DNA from: Caedibacter taeniospiralis
GTDB lineage: Bacteria > Pseudomonadota > Gammaproteobacteria > Francisellales > Francisellaceae
Direction of reading: 5' to 3'
Assembly (NCBI RefSeq): GCF_002803295.2
Contig: NZ_PGGB02000004.1
Location: 264-32,263, forward strand
Length of the DNA stretch: 32,000 nucleotides
Below are positions 9,064 through 16,358 of this stretch, one piece after another (position 1 is the first letter of the stretch; each line of letters begins with the position of its first letter). The translations under genes and the position numbers were made by a program. The notes below the pieces were generated by a model. It did no database searches. It had not been told where the DNA came from and worked only from the letters and a program-made list of their open reading frames with translations.

Positions 9064-10686
9064 TTATCCTATTAGTTTCCCATTTTTTGTGTAGCTGGCA
9101 ATAGCTGTAAAGCCTGGACAAAAACCGTCTGTTGAAAGTATTTCTTTATCAAAATCAGTTACAGTTTTCAGTATCTTTATATTTAATGGTATTAAACGCT
9201 CCTGCGAATAATCGTCATATTGGGTGCAAGATCCGATTTTATTTAATTCAGAATTATTAATTTCAATGTCATCTGAGTAAAGGAAAAAACCTAAATCTCT
9301 TGGGTAAAAATTCCAATTCTTTCCATGTAATAATAAGCCCTCTTTTGCTGTTACATTATTGAAATATAGCTTAAGTTTGGCTGTCTTATCAGTAAAAATT
9401 GTGTCCCTTAAAATAAACACGAAGTTATCTCCTTCTTTATCGGCATCTATCACAACGTGATTAAAATAAATTGGTTTTGGGGTTAGGTTTTCTGTCTTAA
9501 CCCTAACCAAGCCGCGACCATAATCAGCTTTTTCAGCTACTAAAACTTTTAGGTTTTCAAAGCTATTCGCCTCTCCAATCATCAAATATCCATTAGGATA
9601 AAAGTGTAATATCGCTTGATTTTCACCTTGCATAACTAAACCAGCAGGGATCGTTACTTCACTTGTGATTCGATACTCAATTGGAGCAAGCTTAATCACA
9701 ACAGGATGATCCGCATCCAGCTTGGGCGAAATATTTGGATCGTTTTGCGCAATAGCGATCAGATCCTGCAAACTTTGTCCTTTATGTCCATAAATCACAC
9801 GATCTTGAATGGTAAATCCTTGTTTTGCCACCGTATCAACACGAGCTGAAAGATCTTTGACCTTGGTGTCATATTTTTGATCAAGCTCATTCACAAATTG
9901 CATGGCTTTGTCTGCAGCAGTACTTGCCTTATCTGCGGTGGTACTGGCTTTATCAGAAGCATTCCTGGCATCTTTTGCATTGCTTTCAGCGGTACTCAGT
10001 CTTTGATCAAACTGATCTACCTTATCAGCAGAAGCTTTAGCGCTATCCGCTGTTTGTTTGGCAGTATTTGCGGTCTCGGTGGCAGTAGTTGCAGCTTCGC
10101 TTGCTTTATCAGCGGCGGCTTTAGCCGCATCTGCGGTAGCTTTAATACCATCTGCCGTTTGTTTAGCCGTATCAGCTATTTGTTTTGCTTCGGTTGCCTT
10201 GCTCTCAGCAGCACTGACTCGGCTATCATAGCTATCTACCTTGGTGGAAGCCGTTTGTGCGGTTTGTGTGGCACCTTTAGCTTGCTCGTTGGCAGAGGAC
10301 GCAATTTGTTTGGCAGAAGTAGCATCGCTTTCTGCATTAATAAGACGCGTATCAAAGCTTGCGACCTTTGTTGCTGCTTGCTGTGCGATGGTATTCGCAT
10401 CATTAGCTGTTGTTATGGCAGTGTCGGCTTTATTGCTGGCTGTTTTTGCTGCCGTTTCCGCATTGTTAGCATGAGCTTCGGCATTGCTGGCATGGGTTTC
10501 TGCTTGAACAGTCTGAGCAGAAATCTCATCAATCGAATCTTCAATCGAATCTGCCCAGCCATAATTAAGTGCATCAATTAAGCTCTTAAGTGTTGGCAGA
10601 TGTGTAGGATCAAGATAGGGAAGCTTAGCATTCCCCATAGAGGTCATTGCTAGAGCAATACCCCCGATAATAAGTTTTGTTTTCAT
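9064..10686 (-). CDS. Secreted Ala/Thr/Lys-rich coiled-coil protein with a C-terminal tailspike/beta-helix-like domain
   Basis: Signal peptide MKTKLIIGGIALAMTSMGNA; long Ala-rich coiled coil with three KV..[FY]D.R[LV]..AES.A units; C-terminal GQSLQDLI..., PAGLVMQGENQAILHF, YFNHVVIDADKEGD. Confidence 0.65.
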   Translation of the reverse strand: MKTKLIIGGIALAMTSMGNAKLPYLDPTHLPTLKSLIDALNYGWADSIEDSIDEISAQTVQAETHASNAEAHANNAETAAKTASNKADTAITTANDANTIAQQAATKVASFDTRLINAESDATSAKQIASSANEQAKGATQTAQTASTKVDSYDSRVSAAESKATEAKQIADTAKQTADGIKATADAAKAAADKASEAATTATETANTAKQTADSAKASADKVDQFDQRLSTAESNAKDARNASDKASTTADKASTAADKAMQFVNELDQKYDTKVKDLSARVDTVAKQGFTIQDRVIYGHKGQSLQDLIAIAQNDPNISPKLDADHPVVIKLAPIEYRITSEVTIPAGLVMQGENQAILHFYPNGYLMIGEANSFENLKVLVAEKADYGRGLVRVKTENLTPKPIYFNHVVIDADKEGDNFVFILRDTIFTDKTAKLKLYFNNVTAKEGLLLHGKNWNFYPRDLGFFLYSDDIEINNSELNKIGSCTQYDDYSQERLIPLNIKILKTVTDFDKEILSTDGFCPGFTAIASYTKNGKLIG

Positions 10687-10713
10687 TATTTCTCCTGTCG
10701 TTACTAATTTTTA

Positions 10714-10783
10714 ATTCAACATTCAACATTCAACATTCAACATTCAACATTCAACATTCAACATTCAACATTCAACATTCAAC
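10714..10783. repeat. Heptanucleotide tandem repeat (ATTCAAC)x10
   Basis: Counted directly: 10 perfect 7-bp copies, then a partial ATT. It fills most of the 98-bp intergenic gap upstream of the 9064-10686 gene. Confidence 0.97.
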
Positions 10784-10784
10784 A

Positions 10785-11582
10785 TTAAAAATGATAACCA
10801 AGACTGAAGGACAGATTGAGCATATTGGGCACATAACTGCTGCCGTAATAAGGCGCATAAGTATTTTTTCCAAGACCAAAAATATATTGTGCCTCCAGCG
10901 CAAGACTTAGGGAGTATGGCAGTAAATATTGATAACCCAATGAAATAAATGGGCGGATATTGGTTTTATTCATTCCTTTTAATGCTGGATTGTGATAGGC
11001 GGGGATAGTGGTTGTAGGACTGAACTTGGAAAAAACAATGGCAGGTCCCGTGGATAACAAAATTTCACTATCGATACTGGCGATAGGAAAGTGCGCGGTC
11101 ATTGATGGATTAATGCCAGAAAAAGCCATTTTAATTTCTCCATTGGAGAATATTGAGCCACCATTATCAAGATTAAATGAAGCTGTTGCGCTACTTGCAT
11201 ACCAATAGCGCACGCCAAAAGATAAATATTGCCATGGGCGAATACCAAACTCGGCAGCAAAGTAAGGAGAATAGCGTTTAGCGGGTTGGTAAACATCAGA
11301 TGTACCCGCTCCAGGCAGCTCAACCGTTTGTTTTGACTGCGGAAAGCTTTTGTACGAAGCGCCACCGTAGACGCCAACATAAAACCAATCCTGGGCAGCC
11401 AGTGTTGTTCTTCGATCATCCTGAGCCAGAGTGATACGAATAGCAGTATCCAAATCGCTTGATCTTGCCGATGCTGGATTGCCTGCTGATTCCGAAATAA
11501 TATCCGAATTTGCGTAAACAGTTCCATTTGTAACACTTAAAATGGGTAATAGTATCAAGTGAAGTTTTCTCATCATTAGCAC
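10785..11582 (-). CDS. Outer membrane beta-barrel protein
   Basis: Signal peptide (better start probably ATG at 11576 or 11573 rather than GTG 11582); alternating beta-strand pattern; GVYGGASYKSF and a C-terminal aromatic ending NLSFSLGYHF. Confidence 0.7.
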   Translation of the reverse strand: MLMMRKLHLILLPILSVTNGTVYANSDIISESAGNPASARSSDLDTAIRITLAQDDRRTTLAAQDWFYVGVYGGASYKSFPQSKQTVELPGAGTSDVYQPAKRYSPYFAAEFGIRPWQYLSFGVRYWYASSATASFNLDNGGSIFSNGEIKMAFSGINPSMTAHFPIASIDSEILLSTGPAIVFSKFSPTTTIPAYHNPALKGMNKTNIRPFISLGYQYLLPYSLSLALEAQYIFGLGKNTYAPYYGSSYVPNMLNLSFSLGYHF

Positions 11583-11758
11583 CTTAGTTGCTTAAAACAT
11601 GGGGGATGATAAAAATAAATCAAAGGGTGCGCGACATTAATTCAAAAAGATGGACAAAATGATGACTTTTGAGTGAAAAGATGCTTTTTACTGAAAATTT
11701 CCCTTCCTGCTAATCAAAAGAAAAAGAGTGGCTATTAAGGCAAAAATCAGTATAATTC

Positions 11759-12595
11759 GTGCTAAAAATGACTTCAATACACTCTAACTCAATGCCTGCA
11801 ATTAAAGATGTACATAGATGGAGTTTCCCGAAGCATAAGAATGCGCTCAAGAGACTAATTAAACCAATGACTGATAAATTATGTGCAACTGGATTATCTT
11901 ATACTCGGTTATTTGAAAATGGGCAGGTGATTGATTTACCCGTATTGGAGTGTGAGCTACATGGAGTATGGTTGGAAGGAAATCCCAACCAAGACCCTGC
12001 GTTTCTTTTAAACAATGTAACAAAAATTCCAAAAATGATGTGGTATCACGAATTAGGCTCTTTTTTGTGCACAGAAGATCAATCTCACTACGCCTTTATT
12101 GAAAATATGCGTCCATTTGACCCTTGCCTGTCGTACATTAAATATAACAAGGATAATTCGATTAGTCGCCTTTCCGTAATTACTTCATGCCCAATACTTG
12201 GATTTTTCAGTGATAAACATCATGTGCTGGATCAATGTATAACTTCGATTGAGTCTTATTTATTTGATCCTAAGACAAGATTTGCTCAAGATTTCGACAT
12301 TTCTAATGACATTACCCCTATTGTTTTTAAGGGTGTTAAAGATAGTGTTATCCTTGATGTTTTATCTCAGTTTACAACTCAGGAACTGGCTTGTTTCAAA
12401 TTAATTTACACAGGGCATTATGAGTCAAAAGAAATTGCATCGAAACTTCAAAAATCGCCAAGAACAATCGAAGGGATTATTGCACGACTTTTACATAAGC
12501 TAAATTGTAATAATAAGTATGAGCTGGCAGTAAAGATCAGCAAAATGCACGATGTAATGCGATTCGTGCTTGTAAGGGTAAGTGCTACCACATGA
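11759..12595 (+). CDS. LuxR-type HTH transcriptional regulator (paralogue 1)
   Basis: C-terminal HTH: LACFKLIYTGHYESKEIASKLQKSPRTIEGIIARLLHKLNCNNKYELAVKI. Confidence 0.75.
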   Translation: MLKMTSIHSNSMPAIKDVHRWSFPKHKNALKRLIKPMTDKLCATGLSYTRLFENGQVIDLPVLECELHGVWLEGNPNQDPAFLLNNVTKIPKMMWYHELGSFLCTEDQSHYAFIENMRPFDPCLSYIKYNKDNSISRLSVITSCPILGFFSDKHHVLDQCITSIESYLFDPKTRFAQDFDISNDITPIVFKGVKDSVILDVLSQFTTQELACFKLIYTGHYESKEIASKLQKSPRTIEGIIARLLHKLNCNNKYELAVKISKMHDVMRFVLVRVSATT

Positions 12596-12639
12596 CAATA
12601 GTTAAGTCAATACGTAACATTACGCTATTTTAAAGGCAA

Positions 12640-13497
12640 ATGAGCAGGTACAATATTGATCAGTTTGTAGCAATTAAATACGGCAAACAACTCATGGAGG
12701 TTATGAATACAATGAATGGTTCAATACAAACCCGTCCTTTAGCGGATATATATAAACAGCAATGGAAAAAATATGAACACATCTTAACCAGGATAACTAA
12801 ATCGCTTGATTTTCCTTTCCAAATTGAAGGTCTGGCTTATACCGAAACCTTTAAGTCGGGGATAGCAATTAGTATCCCGTTAAAATATTGCGACGCTTTT
12901 TCTGTCTGGACGCAGTCTGAGAGAGCTTACATATCCTCTTTTTCCGCCATAGCTAAGCGTCCCAAAGTGGTAACGCTGGACGAACTTCACGCCTACGCCA
13001 AAGACAAGCTCCCATACCACTTATCCCTCATCACGCAAGATCAGCTTATGCTATTGCCTATTCAGTACAACCACAATTCAAAGGGCTCGATTGCAAACTT
13101 ATGTATATTTGTCAAAAAAAGTGAGTATTTTCATGCTTATGTCCGATATGCACATCTGGATGTGACCAGTTTAACCCAGCATGTAAGGCAATTGCTTCAT
13201 CAGGAATATCAAAATGTGATTACTGAGTTTCTGGTAGATACCGCACCAGATTACAATGATTTAAAAGAGATTTCAGCGATAAACACGGTGGAATTGACTG
13301 CAGCAGAAAAATCATTTTTGCACGCCATCTACGACGGGAGCTATGAAACAAAGCAAATTGCAGAACGCCTAAACAAGTCAGTTAGAACGATTGAAGGAGT
13401 AATGGGGCGAGTCGTAGATAAACTTGAATGTAAAAATAGATATGATCTTTTTGTAAAAGTTAAAAACAATCATTCATTTTTAAGTTGTATTATTTAG
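12640..13497 (+). CDS. LuxR-type HTH transcriptional regulator (paralogue 2)
   Basis: C-terminal HTH: EKSFLHAIYDGSYETKQIAERLNKSVRTIEGVMGRVVDKLECKNRYDLFVKV. Confidence 0.78.
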   Translation: MSRYNIDQFVAIKYGKQLMEVMNTMNGSIQTRPLADIYKQQWKKYEHILTRITKSLDFPFQIEGLAYTETFKSGIAISIPLKYCDAFSVWTQSERAYISSFSAIAKRPKVVTLDELHAYAKDKLPYHLSLITQDQLMLLPIQYNHNSKGSIANLCIFVKKSEYFHAYVRYAHLDVTSLTQHVRQLLHQEYQNVITEFLVDTAPDYNDLKEISAINTVELTAAEKSFLHAIYDGSYETKQIAERLNKSVRTIEGVMGRVVDKLECKNRYDLFVKVKNNHSFLSCII

Positions 13498-14346
13498 ATG
13501 TCTTGGGGTATGGAGCTGCCTTCAATGAATACAGTTCAAACAATTTATACGCATTCGTATAGGAAATATGAGCGAAAATTCAATACAATACTTAAAAATG
13601 CAGCATTCAACTTCAAAATTGAAGCAATGGCGTATCAGCGTTGTTATGCAGATGAGAAAGTGTTATCAGTACCGCTATTGGCAGACGATAGTTTAGATGG
13701 ATACTATAACTCACCTAATGCAGACAAAGCGATTTTCCTTGATTTCAGAAATTTGCTGCTATCCCCTACCATTAATAGCATGTGTTATAAAAATGCGGTG
13801 TATCAACTTTATAACCAGTCCTTTTGTTTCGATCACATTATTTCTAATGAATCACGATCAGCTTTACCATGGCATTTGCATTATCACAACGATCATTCAA
13901 TTAGCTTTCTTTGTGTTTTTGTCAACAAAACGGATGCTATTCTTGCTAACAAAGTATTTTATAGCGGATATTTTAATCGATTACATCAGGCGATTGAGCA
14001 GTCGGTTTTAGCAAATACACGGGAATTTGATTTAAATGATTTTATTTTCAATAACTCAAGTCCAACCGTACCATTGCTGTTGGAGTCTGTCCCCAAAGCA
14101 CAATTCGCTGAGCTCAGCTATGCTGAGAATCTTTGTTTTTTAGCTATTTATCAAGGTCATTATGAAGTGAAAGAAATAGCAGGATATGTTAATCGCTCGC
14201 CAAGAACAATTGAGGGGCACATCGCTTCAATGATCCAAAAGTTAAAAGTCAATAACCGTTATGAGCTTTTTATCAAATTAGCTCAAGCACACGAGCATAT
14301 GCGTTATTTAGCGCACTGGTTTTGGATAAAGAACTCCAGCAAATAA
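13498..14346 (+). CDS. LuxR-type HTH transcriptional regulator (paralogue 3)
   Basis: C-terminal HTH: NLCFLAIYQGHYEVKEIAGYVNRSPRTIEGHIASMIQKLKVNNRYELFIKL. The start may instead be the internal Met at 13525. Confidence 0.77.
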   Translation: MSWGMELPSMNTVQTIYTHSYRKYERKFNTILKNAAFNFKIEAMAYQRCYADEKVLSVPLLADDSLDGYYNSPNADKAIFLDFRNLLLSPTINSMCYKNAVYQLYNQSFCFDHIISNESRSALPWHLHYHNDHSISFLCVFVNKTDAILANKVFYSGYFNRLHQAIEQSVLANTREFDLNDFIFNNSSPTVPLLLESVPKAQFAELSYAENLCFLAIYQGHYEVKEIAGYVNRSPRTIEGHIASMIQKLKVNNRYELFIKLAQAHEHMRYLAHWFWIKNSSK

Positions 14347-14418
14347 TCAGTGTCACACTCGCACGTAGTGATAGGCTGAAATGTAGTCACAGCCACGATT
14401 CTTTTGTCTTTGTACTTT

Positions 14419-15027
14419 TCATCTGAACCATTGATCTGCCAGATTAAAGCTTCTCAAGAACTCAAAACTCGGCAGCCAGCGCAGATGTGATAGGAGTGAG
14501 TGGTTGTCGTCATACGGCTTAAGTAATAGCGCCAGTTGGTCTTTGAAACTGGTTTTAAAGCCAACGATTTCATCCAGTAGTTGAGAACGCTCGGCTAACT
14601 CTGAAATGGCTTCCTGAATAGCAAAAATATCTTGTTTTTGCTTAATCATTTTTTGCCAATGATGATAATGTTGATGAAGCCTTTGCTGAGACTCCGTTGG
14701 TAAATAAATAATATATTGTTCTGCTTGTGTGAGCTGAAAGTTAAAGTCCAGATGTTGCACATAAGTGCAAAAATCGCATGCAAGAACCATGTTTTTCAGG
14801 GCATTGTTGGTGTAATCATGATTAAGATTAATGATATGCAACGGGGTATTTTCATGCTGGCAAAAGTGACAACATGTTTGCTGTTCAAACATTTTTTGAA
14901 AACACTCACGATATTTCGGTGCACGCGTACGCTCTAAAAACAAGCGGCTATTATTGGGGATGGCTAAGATCTTTAGTGACATGTTAGGATTGATCATCAT
15001 GTAATGACTCGTGAAGTTGATATTCAT
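14419..15027 (-). CDS. icmJ: IcmJ/DotN-like protein (HNH/zinc-finger-like fold), putative T4BSS coupling complex subunit
   Basis: 202 aa; YRECFQKMFEQQTCCHFCQ...LHIINLNHDYTNNALKNMVLACDFC has the paired Cys and central His arrangement of DotN; overlaps the 3' end of the icmP-like gene. Confidence 0.55.
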   Translation of the reverse strand: MNINFTSHYMMINPNMSLKILAIPNNSRLFLERTRAPKYRECFQKMFEQQTCCHFCQHENTPLHIINLNHDYTNNALKNMVLACDFCTYVQHLDFNFQLTQAEQYIIYLPTESQQRLHQHYHHWQKMIKQKQDIFAIQEAISELAERSQLLDEIVGFKTSFKDQLALLLKPYDDNHSLLSHLRWLPSFEFLRSFNLADQWFR

Positions 15028-16114
15028 GCTGTAGCGCAGTTATAACATTATCAATCATGGCAGAAGAAAAAGACGCATTCAGGCTTTCTTCAAATTGCCA
15101 ATGAGTAGTAATAGCGGCACCTTCGACAAAAAAGGTTTTTCTGCCGACATTGTTAAGTGCATACCATAAAGTACGATTAACAGTTTTAAGCCATAAAAAT
15201 GAGGAAGAAGGAACTATTCCCCCTTTTCTTGCCGTACTTAATAAGGCACACAACAGTGTTGAGGTATAGTGATGTTTGCTCATAATTGTCTGGATTTCTG
15301 CATGAGCAATACATTCGCTTAAGTGTTTATTTAAAAAATGATTCAGCTTTTGTGTAGTAAAAAACTTTTTCACTCCATTGGTGTTACCATGACCAAACTC
15401 ACTATTCAAATAGGTCAAAAGTTTATCTGCTTGCTTACGCTTGTCTAAAATACACAAGGGAAACACAGTAGCCAACCCATAAATTTCTACATCTTCTTTG
15501 GTTAATCCATTCAAAGCTCTGCCAAGCTGTTGAGTCAGATTCTCATAAAGAAGATTAAGATCAAGCTTGCCATTAGCGATTAAATGATGGTGTTGCAAAT
15601 ACTCAACAGGTGTTAATGCGGTCTCAAGTTTTACTTTGGACTGAGTTTGGCTGCTATTTGGCGTATAAACTTTGGTAAAATGGTGTGCAATAAATTGGGA
15701 TAGACTCTGCATTGAAAAGGTTTTTCGGTATTTGCGATCAGGATGGAAGAAAAAAAGCACCAAAATAAAAACAACCCCAAGCACCCAGAATGAAGTTGTC
15801 AATGCTTCACTGGTATTGTATCCAAGATACTTGAGTTGCTTCAGTGTTACCGTTGAATCCAGGACATGGTTGCACCAATTCATTAGCATGCTGTAGTGAC
15901 CATCCCATAGCATAATAATGGACAGCTCAAAACGCTTTATCATAAATATTGCTCTAATGAATTGGTTGTGAAATAGCCAGTAAAGCAAAAGTAATGTTAA
16001 TAAAATAATGGCAACCATGTAGGTAGGTGCCATGCCATTATCATTACCAGTATTAGGTGAATTAGCCATGGTTATTCTCCCCCAATATTCTGTCAACATC
16101 GACGACATTGTCAT
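14984..16114 (-). CDS. icmP: IcmP/DotM-like (TrbA-like) T4BSS coupling complex protein
   Basis: 376 aa with N-terminal TM segments; LRKTFSMQSLSQFIAHHF, SSFLWLKTVNRTLWYALNNVGRKTFFVEGAAITTHWQFE resembles DotM; adjacent to icmO. Confidence 0.78.
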   Translation of the reverse strand: MTMSSMLTEYWGRITMANSPNTGNDNGMAPTYMVAIILLTLLLLYWLFHNQFIRAIFMIKRFELSIIMLWDGHYSMLMNWCNHVLDSTVTLKQLKYLGYNTSEALTTSFWVLGVVFILVLFFFHPDRKYRKTFSMQSLSQFIAHHFTKVYTPNSSQTQSKVKLETALTPVEYLQHHHLIANGKLDLNLLYENLTQQLGRALNGLTKEDVEIYGLATVFPLCILDKRKQADKLLTYLNSEFGHGNTNGVKKFFTTQKLNHFLNKHLSECIAHAEIQTIMSKHHYTSTLLCALLSTARKGGIVPSSSFLWLKTVNRTLWYALNNVGRKTFFVEGAAITTHWQFEESLNASFSSAMIDNVITALQHEYQLHESLHDDQS

Positions 16115-16358
16115 CTGCCAGATTCAGTAATGCGTCGTAGATAAATAAAATTTGCATGAGATCATATTGGTGATTACTGCTGCTTTTTGTCAGTGAGCTA
16201 TCAAAAACATAAAGATAATTTTTATCCGCATGGGCAATCAGTGTTTTAACCAGTAGATCAGTGAAGTTAAGCTGTGTGACATCTTTTTTTTGTTTATTCT
16301 CAATAAAGACGAGATCATGCTCATGGCATAAGTGTTTAATGATGCTGATTAATGTCAT
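16062..16358 (-). CDS. Small acidic IcmS-like chaperone candidate
   Basis: 98 aa, no TM. Pattern loosely matches IcmS (N-terminal helix, ...LLVKTLIAHAD..., C-terminal LLNLADDNVVDVDRIL). ATGA overlap with icmO and 53-bp overlap with icmP. Confidence 0.4.
   Translation of the reverse strand: MTLISIIKHLCHEHDLVFIENKQKKDVTQLNFTDLLVKTLIAHADKNYLYVFDSSLTKSSSNHQYDLMQILFIYDALLNLADDNVVDVDRILGENNHG

Noticed and set aside
9877-10581. 234-aa plus-strand ORF antisense to the coiled-coil gene
   Set aside because: Its Cys/Gly/Ser-rich composition is the mirror of the Ala/Thr-rich repeat coding strand; the minus-strand product has a signal peptide and structured C-terminus.
10677-10910. 77-aa ORF with FNIQHST repeats
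   Set aside because: It is just the translation of the (ATTCAAC)n tract; the DNA repeat is the real feature.
11099-11536. 145-aa minus-strand ORF overlapping the OMP gene in another frame
   Set aside because: Shadow ORF fully inside the beta-barrel gene; no signal or family motif supports it.
13697-14011. 104-aa plus-strand ORF inside the third LuxR gene
   Set aside because: Out-of-frame ORF in an AT-rich gene; the enclosing gene has a conserved HTH.
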